Shown: positions 12,154 through 22,360, numbered from the stretch's first letter. The stretch: DNA of 64,000 nt from Myxococcota bacterium (GCA_049322475.1 JBMOQZ010000244.1:21600-85599), one strand, 5' to 3'. Made by a program: numbers and translations. Notes: generated from the letters alone by a model not told the origin.

Positions 12154-14285
12154 CCGCGTTTCATCGGTTCGCCGGTCCGCTGAAGAAGGCGATCGCGCAC
12201 CGCCTCCGGTGGACCACCCTCAGGCCGGTGCAGGAGCAGGCCGCGGGGGCCATCCTCGACGGGAACGACGTGGTCATCGTCGCCTCGACGGCGTCCGGGA
12301 AGTCCGAGGCCGCCACGTTTCCGGCGCTGTCCCTGCTGCTCGACCGCCCCCCGCGCGGAGTAGGCATCCTCTACGTCGCCCCGCTCAGGGCGCTGCTCAA
12401 CGATCAGTCGGTTCGCATGACCGCGTACGCCGAGATGGTGGGGATGCGGGCCTTCGTGTGGCACGGCGAGACACCCGCGGCCGAGCGGGAGCGGTTCCTC
12501 GCCGAGCCCGCGGACATCCTGCTGACGACGCCGGAGGCGATCGAGGCGATGTTCCTCTCTCGCCGAGTCGCCCCCGAGGTGGTGTTCGCCGACCTGCGCG
12601 TGGTGGTCGTTGACGAGGTGCATGCATTCGCGGGTACCGACCGTGGGGCGCACCTCACGAGTCTGCTCGAGCGGCTCGTGTCCGCGTCCGGGAGCATGCC
12701 CCAGAGAGTCGGGCTTTCGGCGACCGTCGCCGAGCCGGAGGCCCTGTTGGCCTGGCTCGCGGGGACGTCACCGAGGCGAAGGGTGGTCGTCGCACCCGAG
12801 CTGGAACCCCCACGCATCGACGTCGCCGTCGTTTGCCGCGCAGACGCGGGCGCGCTCGCCTCCGAGGCCGCCGCAATGACCTCCGGGAAGAAGACCCTGG
12901 TCTTCTGCCAGAGCCGCATGGGAGCCGAGGACATGGCGCGGGGCCTGCGACAAGCAGGTGCGCGAGCGTTCGTCCATCACGGGTCCGTGTCGCGCGAAGG
13001 CCGGTCCGCGGCCGAGGCGCGATTCCGCCACGACGGCCCCGCAGCGATCGTGTGCACGTCCACGCTCGAGCTGGGACTGGACATCGGGGACCTCGACCAC
13101 GTCGCGCACGAGGACGCCCCCGCGACCGTGTCGTCGTTCTGGCAGCGCGGAGGCCGGGCTGGCCGGCGCCCCGGGCACCGGCCGAACATGACGTTCCTCT
13201 GCCACGGCGGACTCTCGGTCCTTCGGGCGACGGCGCTCGTGGAGCTCGCCCGCGAAGGGTGGATCGAGCCCATCCGCCCCGACACGCGGTGCTGGCCCGT
13301 GCTCGCGCACCAGGTCGTGGCGATGGCCGTCCACCACGGCACCGTCGACCCCAACACCGCGTGGCAACGGCTCCGCGGCGTCCACGCCTTCCGGGATGTT
13401 TCCTGCGACGAGTTCGCCGCCCTCCTCCGCGATCTCGTGGCCAAGGGCTACCTCTTCCACTCGGCGGGAAAGCTCTCGGTGGGTGACGCGGCGGAGCGGA
13501 CGTGGGGACGGCGCTCGTTCCGCGACTTCTGCTCCGTGTTCCTGACGCGAGTGCCCTGGCGTGTCGTGTCCACCACCGGGGACGAGGTCGGAACCCTCGA
13601 CGGAAGCTACGCGCTTTCGCTCGAATGCGACCACACGTTCCTCCTCGGGGGGCGGGCGTGGGTCGTGCGCTCGGTCGACGAGCACGCGCACGTGGTGACG
13701 GTCGCCCGCACGACGCGGGCAGGGCCACCGAGCTGGCGCGCGGACTCCCCGATGCTCCTCGGGTTCGAGTTGTGCGACCAGATGAAGTCGATCCTCCTCG
13801 GCTCGGCCCAGTTCGCCTACCATGACGCACGGGCCGCCGAGTCGCTGGAGGAGCTACGCGCGGCCGAGGGACCGCTGCTCCGCTCCGGGGGCCTTGCCTT
13901 CGGGCCGGACGACGTGGTGTGGGTCAACTACGCGGGCGGGCGGGTGAACCAGACGCTCAAGTACGCCCTAAGTCACATGTGCGGTTGGAGGGTGTGGGCG
14001 ACCAACCTCGCGATCCGGATCGAGCGGGTCAGACCGGAAATGGCTGTGGCCGGGCTGATCGAGCTGGCGCGCCCGGGGTTCTGGGAGCGCCTCGGAGGAT
14101 CCGTCGCGGGCTCGCTCCCGATCGTGCGCGTGAGCCGGTTCCTCCAGCTGCTTCCACCCGCGGCGGCGCGCGAGGTAGTCGCGAGCCACCTCCTGGACAT
14201 CGAGCGCACGAGTGCGGTGATGACCGCGTGGGCGGCGGGCTCTTCGTTCGTCAGCCCCCCTCGAGCACCTTCAGCACGCGCCTGA
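12150..14285 (+). CDS. brxHI: Lhr-like SF2 DEAD/DEAH helicase (BrxHI-like)
   Basis: LRPVQ, STASGKS, APLRALLNDQ, TTPE, DEVH, GLSAT, TSTLELGLDIG, QRGGRAGRR; follows the BrxD-like gene with GTGA overlap. Confidence 0.88.
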   Translation: MTAFHRFAGPLKKAIAHRLRWTTLRPVQEQAAGAILDGNDVVIVASTASGKSEAATFPALSLLLDRPPRGVGILYVAPLRALLNDQSVRMTAYAEMVGMRAFVWHGETPAAERERFLAEPADILLTTPEAIEAMFLSRRVAPEVVFADLRVVVVDEVHAFAGTDRGAHLTSLLERLVSASGSMPQRVGLSATVAEPEALLAWLAGTSPRRRVVVAPELEPPRIDVAVVCRADAGALASEAAAMTSGKKTLVFCQSRMGAEDMARGLRQAGARAFVHHGSVSREGRSAAEARFRHDGPAAIVCTSTLELGLDIGDLDHVAHEDAPATVSSFWQRGGRAGRRPGHRPNMTFLCHGGLSVLRATALVELAREGWIEPIRPDTRCWPVLAHQVVAMAVHHGTVDPNTAWQRLRGVHAFRDVSCDEFAALLRDLVAKGYLFHSAGKLSVGDAAERTWGRRSFRDFCSVFLTRVPWRVVSTTGDEVGTLDGSYALSLECDHTFLLGGRAWVVRSVDEHAHVVTVARTTRAGPPSWRADSPMLLGFELCDQMKSILLGSAQFAYHDARAAESLEELRAAEGPLLRSGGLAFGPDDVVWVNYAGGRVNQTLKYALSHMCGWRVWATNLAIRIERVRPEMAVAGLIELARPGFWERLGGSVAGSLPIVRVSRFLQLLPPAAAREVVASHLLDIERTSAVMTAWAAGSSFVSPPRAPSARA

Positions 14286-14580
14286 GCGTCTCCTCGTCGG
14301 CGCGCCTCGTCGCCTCGACGACCTGCTCGCGAAGGCCCTGATCCGGGAACACGAGGAGGTCGAACGTGGGGAGCCCGAGCCGCCGCGCCAGCGCGTCCAC
14401 GACCTGGAGCGAGGGCACCTTCTTCCCCGCCTCGATGTCGGACACGTATCCCTTCGAGAGCGCGTGTCCTGCGGACTCGTACGCGAGCTTCTCCAACGTG
14501 ATGCCGGCCTCCGTACGGAGCTGCTTCAGGCGACGTCCGATGGGAAGCAGCCTCGGTGACGTGCGACGCACGCGGTCCAC
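14251..14580 (-). CDS. XRE-family HTH transcriptional regulator
   Basis: IGRRLKQLRTEAGITLEKLA...YVSDIEAGKKVPSL. Confidence 0.88.
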   Translation of the reverse strand: MDRVRRTSPRLLPIGRRLKQLRTEAGITLEKLAYESAGHALSKGYVSDIEAGKKVPSLQVVDALARRLGLPTFDLLVFPDQGLREQVVEATRRADEETLRRVLKVLEGG

Positions 14581-14583
14581 CCC

Positions 14584-14612
14584 TTGACCGTACGTGTGTG
14601 CCTCAGCAGAAT
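14584..14612 (+). promoter_or_regulatory. Putative sigma70 promoter divergent from the XRE gene
   Basis: TTGACC-N17-CAGAAT. Confidence 0.45.
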
Positions 14613-14634
14613 GGTTCGCTCGGAGAGAACATCA

Positions 14635-15009
14635 GTGTACCTGCGCCCGATCGTCTGCGTCGTCGTCGTCCACGTGGGCATGTCGTTCCTGGCGGCCTGC
14701 GGCACCCATCGCGCCGCGGTCGCGCTCTCGGACGCGCGCACGGCGAGCAAGCGCGCGTGCGAGTCCGCGAGGTCGTCCCGGTCCGAGGCGACCAGCAACG
14801 TGCAGGAGGCCGACGGCGCGCTCGTCGCCGCCCAGCAGGCGCTCACAGCCGCGTCCGTGAAGGGTGGGCGCCCGAAGGCCGCCGCGAAGGCGGCCCTCTA
14901 CGACCAGGCAGACGAGGCCGTGCGCGCGGCGACCGAGCGCCTACGCCTCGCCAAGGACCAGTTGGAGTCCGCGTCGAGGGCGGAGGAGTCCGCTTGCCTG
15001 GGCATGTAG
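14635..15009 (+). CDS. Putative helical lipoprotein
   Basis: GGAGAG RBS, hydrophobic stretch plus LAAC lipobox, Ala-rich coiled body. Confidence 0.55.
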   Translation: MYLRPIVCVVVVHVGMSFLAACGTHRAAVALSDARTASKRACESARSSRSEATSNVQEADGALVAAQQALTAASVKGGRPKAAAKAALYDQADEAVRAATERLRLAKDQLESASRAEESACLGM

Positions 15010-15026
15010 GCCCGGCCGTCGTCGTC

Positions 15027-15716
15027 ATGGGGGAGGAGGCCGAGGTGCTCGCGGACCGGCTTCCAGACCGCGTACACCCGTTCGTGGTTCGACCGCCGAG
15101 TGGCGTGGGGACGGCCTGGGAAGAGGTGCGTCGCATGGAGGAGACCATCGCCCGACGCCTGCGGGGGTATCGTCGGGTGCTCCTCCTCGCGGCCCACCCC
15201 GGGGCGCGAGAGGTGGCCCGCATCGCGTCCCAGCGAGCCCACGTGGTCACGATGCTGTTTCGACCGGAGGGGCGGCAGGTCTTCGACCTTCGGGCGCGGT
15301 CCGCTGGCGTCTGGGCGGCGTCTGACCCCGATCCCGGCAAGCGCGACGCCGCGCTCAGCATCGCGAGCGTGCTTTGCGACGCGCTGGCCGATGGGCAGGA
15401 GCCCTACGGCGTCCTGGAGGGGGTCACCGAGGAGCACGAGGACCCCTTGCTCGCCCTCCGCGTCGCCTGGGGTTCACACGCCTGGAGCCCCTGGCCCCTC
15501 CGGAATGCACGAGAGCTGCGGGTCCGGGTGGAGTGCTCGGAAGGGAACAGGAACGGGATCTCCGGGAGGCTCGAGAGCGCCGTCCTCGGAGGTCTCCGCG
15601 TACGGGCCGACTTCGTGCCCATCGGCGGAGCCGTTGCAACGGTGACCGTGGTGGCGTGGGGGTTCCGCGATCGGCCGCGGCGACAGGACAGCGGGAGAGC
15701 GATCGGCCCAGCGTGA
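15027..15716 (+). CDS. Hypothetical protein
   Basis: Open frame with plausible composition; no motif. Confidence 0.45.
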   Translation: MGEEAEVLADRLPDRVHPFVVRPPSGVGTAWEEVRRMEETIARRLRGYRRVLLLAAHPGAREVARIASQRAHVVTMLFRPEGRQVFDLRARSAGVWAASDPDPGKRDAALSIASVLCDALADGQEPYGVLEGVTEEHEDPLLALRVAWGSHAWSPWPLRNARELRVRVECSEGNRNGISGRLESAVLGGLRVRADFVPIGGAVATVTVVAWGFRDRPRRQDSGRAIGPA

Positions 15717-15911
15717 AGCGCGACACGGAGGCCGAATCCACGGCGGGACTGCGTACGTCCTTTGCGACCGGGCGACGCCTACTACGCGGACTTCGCGAGC
15801 CCGCTCGTGTACGTGATCTCGCTCCCTCACCCGCACTGGTGGATCGGCACGCGCGCGTTCATCGTGCAGCACTGAGACAGCGCGCGGCGGATCCTCGTCT
15901 GGGCCCGGCAG

Positions 15912-16049
15912 CGCGGTGACTGCGACGGCGACGGATGGTTCGAGTACCTCACGCCCTCGACCGCCGGGACGAAGAACAAGGGCTGGAAGGGCAGCAATGG
16001 AGCCGCCCTGCTCGCTGACCAGGTCGCCGCGCAGCGCGCACGGACGTAG
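15912..16049 (+). pseudogene. Remnant of an amylo-alpha-1,6-glucosidase/glycogen-debranching gene
   Basis: Frame reads GDCDGDGWFEYLTPSTAGTKNKGWKGS, matching the family motif DGDGFxEY...NQGWKDS; no start, short. Confidence 0.5.
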
Positions 16050-16070
16050 CGGCCCGCCCGCGCCCGCGTC

Positions 16071-16831
16071 CTACCAGCTCCACCCCGGCAGCGGCTCCTC
16101 CAATGGCAGGATCCACATGGCCGGCGCGAGCGTGCGCGGCTGCGCCGCGAGGTCCACGTCCGGGTCGACGAGCCGCCGCTCCGGGCGCCCGTTCAGGCTG
16201 ACGAACACGTCGGCGAAGACTTGCACGCGCCGCCCCTCCGCCGCCGCCTGCGCGGCCAGCTCGTGCGCGTACTGCAGGACCATGTCCGGGTTCTCGGGCA
16301 GCTCCCGAGCGATGCGCTTCGGCAGGGTGCGCTTCGGGAATACCTCCCGAATCTCGTCCGTGTCGGCGTCCACCACGCGGAATCGGGCGCGGCCCTCCTT
16401 GCCGCGCAGCTTCGTGCGCCACGAGAAGTAGTGCCCTCCTCGGTCCAGGCGACATCGCCGGGGAAGAGCCAGTGCCGAAGGGGCAGCGCCGCGTGCAGCC
16501 CCAGCCACGCGACGAGCGCCGTCGCAAGCCCCGCGCGCGCCTCGGGCGGGCAGGGGCGCCGTCGTACCGGCCGCCGCCGGCAGGAGGCCGACCGCCCGCG
16601 GCCACGACGGTGGCAGGAACAGCAGCGTGGACGCCATCATCAGCCACGGGAAGATGCCGATCTCGAACAGGAAGGCGTTCGTGCAGTGGAAGCCGAACGC
16701 GGCGACCATCGCGAACGGGCGGGAGCGTCTCCAGCACAGCGCAGGCCCGACGAGCAGATCGAACGCGAGGCCGCCGTAGCTCATGACCCACGCGGTGGTG
16801 TCGCGCGCGAGGAGCGGACCGACGACAGGGT
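16071..16831 (-). pseudogene. HTTM / vitamin K-dependent gamma-carboxylase-like gene, 3' part
   Basis: FHCTNAFLFEIGIFPWLM, FSWRTKLR, VSLNGRP...VDPDVDLA; LRHWLFPGDVAWTEEG lies in a shifted frame. Confidence 0.88.
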
Positions 16832-16946
16832 TGTGGGATCCGGAAACTCTGGCGGGTCGAGATCCGGAAACTTTGGCGGGTTCTGACCCGCCGGCTGATC
16901 TTCGGGGTCTCCGGTAGCAGGCGGGTGCCCTCCGGAGACCCGCCCG

Positions 16947-18365
16947 GTGATCGACGTCATGACCCGCCTGAAGATCCACAACATGGCCGAGGGGGCCACG
17001 CCCCAGGCCTCCATCGCCGAAATCTGCGGCACCAGCCTGCGCTCGGTCGAGCGCATTCTCGCCGAGAACGCGCCGACTCGGGACGAGGTGATCGCCGACG
17101 AGCGCCTCGGCGCGAAGCGGCAGGGCCGCCCGCCAAAGGCCGACGCGGCGATGATCGAGCGGATCCGCCTGCTGCTCGAGACGCCCGGCAACGACCGGCT
17201 GCCTGCCACCGAGGTGCTCCGCCGCGCCGCCGAGTGGGGCTACACCGGCGGCCGGAGCCAGATGACCGAGCTCGTGAAGCGGCTCCGTCCGAAGCCGCGG
17301 CAGGAGCCGATCGTCCGCTTCGAAGGGCTGCCCGGCGAGTACACGCAGTTCGACTTCGGCGAGTGCGAGGTCGAGTTCACCGCGACGGGGAAGCAGCGCG
17401 TCCAGTTCTTCGCCGCGCGCCTGAAGTACTCGCGGTTCATGCACGCGGTCCTCGTGCCCGACCAGACCGCCGAGACGCTGGTCCGCTCGCTGATCGCGTG
17501 CCTCGTCGCCTTCGGCGGCTCGACGAAGGAGTGGGTGTTCGACAACCCGCGTACCGTGCGGATCTCGCCCATCGGCGTGAAGCCCGTGGTGCTGCACCGG
17601 TTCCTCCGGCAGCTCGTCGCCGAATACAACGTCATCGCGACGCTGTGCGCGCCGCGCTCCGGCAACCAGAAGGGCAGCGTCGAGCGCGTCGTCGGCTACG
17701 TGAAGAACAGCTTCCTGCGCGTTCGGAAGTTCCGCGACCTCGCGGACCTCGAGGCGCAGCTCGCCGAGTGGCTCCAGGACGTCAACCACGTGCGCCCCTC
17801 CGACGCGACCGGCGAGATTCCCGCCGTCGCGCGCGAGGAGGAGGTCCGCTGGCTCGCCGAGCGGCCCGTGCAGGTCGGCCCCGAGGCGTGGGCGATCGAG
17901 GACTCGGCGACGGTGACGCCGATGGGCACGATCTCGTACCTGGGCACCGCGTACTCGGCGACGGCGAGGCACCTCGGGGCGCCGGCGACGCTGCTGGTAC
18001 GCCAGCGGACGATCGAGATCGTCGTCGCCGGCCATCGCTGCACCCACGTCCGTGAGGACCACACGGGCGAGGTCCGGCGCCTCCCCGAGCACCGGCTCGA
18101 CGTGCTCGCGGCCCTGCACGGGGCCCGGAAGCTCGCGACGTTCCGCCGCCAGTGCCTCCTGGAGCTGGGCCAGCCCGCCTGGCAGTTCATGGGGCCGCTC
18201 GTCCACCGGTGCCCGCAGGGTCGCTGGGAGAAGCCCTGCCACGAGCTCTTCGACCTGATGATGGAGCACGGGGACGGGGCCATGCGCGACGCCTTCACAC
18301 GCTGCGTCGCCCGCGAGACGTTCACTGTCGCCGCCGTGCGCGCCGTCCTCCGGGAGGCCGCATGA
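16947..18365 (+). CDS. istA: IS21 transposase IstA
   Basis: RFEGLPGEYTQFDFG, LKYSR, FDNP, QKGSVERVVGYVK (DDE). Confidence 0.95.
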   Translation: MIDVMTRLKIHNMAEGATPQASIAEICGTSLRSVERILAENAPTRDEVIADERLGAKRQGRPPKADAAMIERIRLLLETPGNDRLPATEVLRRAAEWGYTGGRSQMTELVKRLRPKPRQEPIVRFEGLPGEYTQFDFGECEVEFTATGKQRVQFFAARLKYSRFMHAVLVPDQTAETLVRSLIACLVAFGGSTKEWVFDNPRTVRISPIGVKPVVLHRFLRQLVAEYNVIATLCAPRSGNQKGSVERVVGYVKNSFLRVRKFRDLADLEAQLAEWLQDVNHVRPSDATGEIPAVAREEEVRWLAERPVQVGPEAWAIEDSATVTPMGTISYLGTAYSATARHLGAPATLLVRQRTIEIVVAGHRCTHVREDHTGEVRRLPEHRLDVLAALHGARKLATFRRQCLLELGQPAWQFMGPLVHRCPQGRWEKPCHELFDLMMEHGDGAMRDAFTRCVARETFTVAAVRAVLREAA

Positions 18366-19162
18366 ACCCCGGCGACATCGATCTCGACAAGCTTCTCAAG
18401 CGCCTGCACCTCCCGACGGTTCGCCGCCTCTACCCGGGCTACGCGACGCGCGCGGCCGCAGAGGGCTGGTCTCACCGCGACTACCTCGCGCTGCTGATCG
18501 CGGAGGAGGTCGCGCACCGCAACGACACGCGCATCCAGAAGGCGGCCCGCCACGCCCACTTCCCGTTCACGAAGACGATCGAGAACTTCGATTTCGTCTT
18601 CCAGTCCAGCCTGCGTCGTCAGCAGCTCGGCCCCTACCTCGGGCCGGAGCTGGTCTCCGAGGGGAGGAACCTCATCCTGTCGGGCAAGCCGGGCCGCGGG
18701 AAGACCCACCTCGCCGTCGCGATCGCCTACCGCGCCATCCAGAACGGCTTCACCGCCCGCTTCGTCGGCGCCAGCGCGCTGATCGACGAGCTCGGCCTCG
18801 CGTCCCGCGCCGGGAAGCTCCGCGAGGCGACCACCGCGTGGGTCGAGCCGCACGTGCTCGTCATCGACGAGGTCGGGTACCTCAACCACGCCGAGGACGC
18901 CGCCAACGTGCTCTTCGGCGTCGTCGACCAGCGCTACCTCGCGCGCAAGCCGATGGTCTTCACGACCAACAAGAAGCTGCGCGAGTGGGGGCAGGTCCTC
19001 CACGACCGAGACCTCGCCGAGGTCATCCTCGACCGCGTGCTCGAGCGCGGCGAGCACATCGCGCTCGGCGGGCCTTCGTGGCGCACGAAGCACCTCGATC
19101 CGGAAATGCTCCCGGACCCGGACGGCGCCGATCCGGAAAGTCGCCCGAAACCGCCTCCTTGA
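18362..19162 (+). CDS. istB: IS21 helper ATPase IstB
   Basis: KTIENFDF, GKPGRGKTHLA, VIDEVGY, TTN, ILDR; ATGA overlap with istA. Confidence 0.95.
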   Translation: MNPGDIDLDKLLKRLHLPTVRRLYPGYATRAAAEGWSHRDYLALLIAEEVAHRNDTRIQKAARHAHFPFTKTIENFDFVFQSSLRRQQLGPYLGPELVSEGRNLILSGKPGRGKTHLAVAIAYRAIQNGFTARFVGASALIDELGLASRAGKLREATTAWVEPHVLVIDEVGYLNHAEDAANVLFGVVDQRYLARKPMVFTTNKKLREWGQVLHDRDLAEVILDRVLERGEHIALGGPSWRTKHLDPEMLPDPDGADPESRPKPPP

Positions 19163-19372
19163 CCCACCGCTCGCCTGGCCTCGGAGGGGCGGCGGGCCGG
19201 GCGGGGGGTTCACAAGCGAAGCGCCCCCCGTCCGGGTCGCCGACCCGGCGGTCGAGCCCGCCTCCAACCTCGTCTTCTGCAACCCCACCTTGCGGCGTCT
19301 GAACCGCCGCGTCACGATCAACCACCCGCCAGACTTTCCGGATCAAAACCGCCAGACTTTCCGGACTCCACA

Positions 19373-19981
19373 AGGGTAATCCCCCCGCTGCTCGAGCCAG
19401 AGGAGCAGCGGCTGCGCCCGAAGCGAGTCGGGGTTCAGCTTGGCGATGCCGGCGAAGGTGTAGACCTGCACGAACATCGCGCGGAGCAGGAACAGCGCCC
19501 AGCCGCTCACCCGGTCGGCTCGGATACCGGGCGTCAAGCGCGCGTCGAGCGAGTACGCGCGGTGCGCGGGTAGGAACGGCGCGAGGAAGGCCAGCAGGCA
19601 CACGAGGTAGAGGTGGTTCAGGTAGTAGGCCTGCTCCAGGAGGAACATCCACGCGAAACCGACGAAGTAGAGCGCGGCGGCGAGCCGGTAGCAGAACCCG
19701 ATCGTGACGCAGGCGCCGAGGACGCCCAGCACGACGAAGACCTGCGTGGACCACGCCCCGGGATGCGGGAGCCAGTCGAAGCCGTAGAACGGGAAGTGGA
19801 TCTCCGGCCGGATGAACTTGCGCTCCACCCATCCCTTCGCGAGGTAGCGGACGGCCTCTACGGTCAGGAGGGCGCCGAAAGCGATCCGGAACACGACGAG
19901 GCTCGCGACGTCCACGGGCTCGAGGACGATCCAGGACAGGCGCGCCCAGCGTCCCTCCGGTGGCGGCGTGTCAGGGGACAT
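19373..19981 (-). pseudogene. HTTM / gamma-carboxylase-like gene, 5' part
   Basis: SLVVFRIAFG, YYLNHLYL, YTFAGIAKLNPD; removing the IS restores ...RGDYP-VVGPLL... Confidence 0.9.
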
Positions 19982-21812
19982 GGACGTCGGCGGACCGCCC
20001 GGGAGTCCGCAGGCCGGTGAGACGCTCGTCGATCCGCTCGAGCAACCGCTCGTCTCCTGTGAGCGCCCGCGCCCGGAGGTACGCCTCGCGGGCCTCCTCC
20101 TCGCGGCCGAGACGCTCGCGGACGGTGCCGACGTTGAACCAGGTGCCCGCGTGCCGCGGGCTCACCGCGGCGGCGTGCTCGTAGGCTTCCAACGCATCCT
20201 CGTTCCGCCCGAGCGCCAGCCGCGCGGCCCCGAGGTTGCGGTAGATGCGGCGGTCCCGGTATCCGAGCGCGATGCCCTTCTCGAAGGCGTCCACTGCGGA
20301 GGCGGCCCGGTCCGCGCGGAGGTACGCGAGCCCGAGGTTGTTGTAGAAGCGGGCGCGCTCCGGGTATAGCCGTACCGCGTCCTCGAAGTACCGCTGCGCC
20401 TCGGCGGGCCGGCCCGTCTCGAGGGCGACGTTCCCGAGGTTGAAGTACTGGAACGCGAGCCCCATCTCCACGCGATCGGCAGGGATGGGCGTGTGCGCGA
20501 AGGCGGCACCGCCGAGCACGACCACGCTGGCGACGGCGAGCCGCCGCCACGCCCGTGCGGCGGCGAGCTCGACCATCGCGCGGACCGCGAACCCCGCGAA
20601 GGGCAGGAGCGCGATCACGACGGGGAGGCGGTACCGCATGGAGACGAAGTACGCGACGACCGACGCGCTGTAGATCCCGGCGAACGTGAACGGCACGGCG
20701 AGCTCGCGGAGCCTGCCGGCGGCGAGCACCATGCCCGCGAGCGCGAGGGGACAGACCAGGTTGTAGCCGACCGTGCCCCAGCGCAGCGTCGCGAACTCGT
20801 CGAGCGCCCAGGCGTAGTTGCTCTCCAGCGGGGGCTCGTAGGCGTTCAGGAAGTACCCGACCTTCCGTAGCGTGAGCGCGAGCCATTCGGCTGGCTCGTC
20901 CAGCGCGAAGGCGATGGCGCGGTCCCGCCACCACCGGCTCGCCTCTCCCGCGGTGAGCGTCCGCCCCAGGTCCTCCTCGGCGATCGCGACGGAGCTCGCG
21001 ACGAGCGACTCCTGCCCGCCGCCGAGCTCCGAGCCCGGCGGGGTCTTGAAGAACCCGTCGGCGTCGGGGTTGTTGCCGATCCAGAGGTTGACGCCCCCAT
21101 GCGCGGTCACGATCACCGCCTCGCCGCCCCGCTCGATGTTCCGGACGAGGACCGGCCCGAGGACCAGGGCGGCCCCGAGGAACCAGGCGGCGACGCGGCG
21201 CGTCTTCCCGGTGGCCGTCGCCCACTCCGCAGCGACTGGAAGCACCCCCACGAGCAGGAGGAGGTTCGGCCTCCCCATCGAGGCGAGCGCGAGCAGCGCC
21301 CCCGCGAGCAGACGCCCCCACGCGCTCGGCCTGGGCGCCGTCAGCAGCGCCAGCGACGCGGACGCGAACAGCAGGCACCACACCTCCGCGACGAGCGTGG
21401 CGCCCACGAAGATCGCGGGTCCGTAGAACGCGGCGAGCGCGAGCGCGACCACCGCGGACCTGCGATCGAACAGGTTCGACGCGAGCCGGTACACGAAGAA
21501 GCACGTCGCCGTGCCCGCGAGCGCCTGCACGACACGCACCACGAGGAGATCGCGCCCGAAGAGCGCGTACAGCGCGCCGAGCACGTAGGGCTCGAGCGGG
21601 TTCGCGGTGAAGGTCCCGTCGCCGAGCACGTCGCCGGCGGCGATGCGCTGCGCCCAGGCGTCGTAGTTCGCCTCGTCCATTCCGGGCACGAGGTGGTCGA
21701 AGAGCGGAGACCCGCGGAACTCCCACATGTAGGCGAGACGCACCGCGAGCGCGGCCGCGAGGAGCACGAGCACGGGCAGCGCCCGCTCGACCCGTTCGCG
21801 CACGTCGATCAC
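19971..21812 (-). CDS. GT-C (PMT/ArnT, family 39-like) glycosyltransferase with C-terminal TPRs
   Basis: DEANYDAWA, many TM helices, GGVNLWIGNNP, RYRLP, TPR repeats (YFNLG, YNNLG, YRNLG, WFNVG). Confidence 0.88.
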   Translation of the reverse strand: MIDVRERVERALPVLVLLAAALAVRLAYMWEFRGSPLFDHLVPGMDEANYDAWAQRIAAGDVLGDGTFTANPLEPYVLGALYALFGRDLLVVRVVQALAGTATCFFVYRLASNLFDRRSAVVALALAAFYGPAIFVGATLVAEVWCLLFASASLALLTAPRPSAWGRLLAGALLALASMGRPNLLLLVGVLPVAAEWATATGKTRRVAAWFLGAALVLGPVLVRNIERGGEAVIVTAHGGVNLWIGNNPDADGFFKTPPGSELGGGQESLVASSVAIAEEDLGRTLTAGEASRWWRDRAIAFALDEPAEWLALTLRKVGYFLNAYEPPLESNYAWALDEFATLRWGTVGYNLVCPLALAGMVLAAGRLRELAVPFTFAGIYSASVVAYFVSMRYRLPVVIALLPFAGFAVRAMVELAAARAWRRLAVASVVVLGGAAFAHTPIPADRVEMGLAFQYFNLGNVALETGRPAEAQRYFEDAVRLYPERARFYNNLGLAYLRADRAASAVDAFEKGIALGYRDRRIYRNLGAARLALGRNEDALEAYEHAAAVSPRHAGTWFNVGTVRERLGREEEAREAYLRARALTGDERLLERIDERLTGLRTPGRSADVHVP

Positions 21813-22360
21813 CCGCCGTTCGAGTCCCCGGGCGTCGGCGCCACGCCCGTCTCCCAGTTCCGGGCGCCGTCGGGCACCCGCGCGTTCGACCGGTCGGTCG
21901 CGGTGTTCCCGTACTGGACCTTGTTCACCCACGCGCCCTCGCCGTCCGCGGCGTAGTACAGGCCGATCTCCTCCCCGTTCTTCTCGAGCTGGAAGGAGGT
22001 GTGCAGGTCGCCCTGCTCGGGCTCGCCGTCGCACCAGACGACCAGGAACTCGCCGGGGCCGATGCCCTGACCGGTCGGCATCGCCCACTTCGTGGGCTCC
22101 GCGAAGTCGTCCGTGAGGTACAGCCCCTCGAGCTGCACGAGGGTGTCCCCCGCGTTGAAGAGCTCGACCCAGTCGTCGAACTCGCCGGGGTCGGCGCTGT
22201 CGACCGGGTCGCCGTCGGGGTCGGCGTAGCTCGTGTTGTCCGCGAGGAACTCGTTGATGACGATGTCCGGCAGCGAGGACGCGCCGTCGCTGTCCTTCGT
22301 CGTGCCGTCGTCGCGCGTCTCAGCGCAGGCCGCGAGGAGGCCGACCAACCCGCTGTACAT
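21809..22360 (-). CDS. Lamin-tail-domain lipoprotein
   Basis: LAAC lipobox; VINEFLADN, DDWVELFN, PTPGDSN. Confidence 0.88.
   Translation of the reverse strand: MYSGLVGLLAACAETRDDGTTKDSDGASSLPDIVINEFLADNTSYADPDGDPVDSADPGEFDDWVELFNAGDTLVQLEGLYLTDDFAEPTKWAMPTGQGIGPGEFLVVWCDGEPEQGDLHTSFQLEKNGEEIGLYYAADGEGAWVNKVQYGNTATDRSNARVPDGARNWETGVAPTPGDSNGG

Larger units (their letters stand above)
16832..19372 (+). mobile_element. Complete IS21-family insertion sequence (2541 bp)
   Basis: Terminal IRs TGTGGGATCCGGAAACTCTGGCGG and (reverse complement) TGTGGAGTCCGGAAAGTCTGGCGG with internal repeats; 5-bp target duplication AGGGT at 16827-16831 and 19373-19377; istA+istB. Confidence 0.95.

Noticed and set aside
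9911-14285. Complete BREX system
   Set aside because: No pglX, brxC or PglZ phosphatase domain in the window
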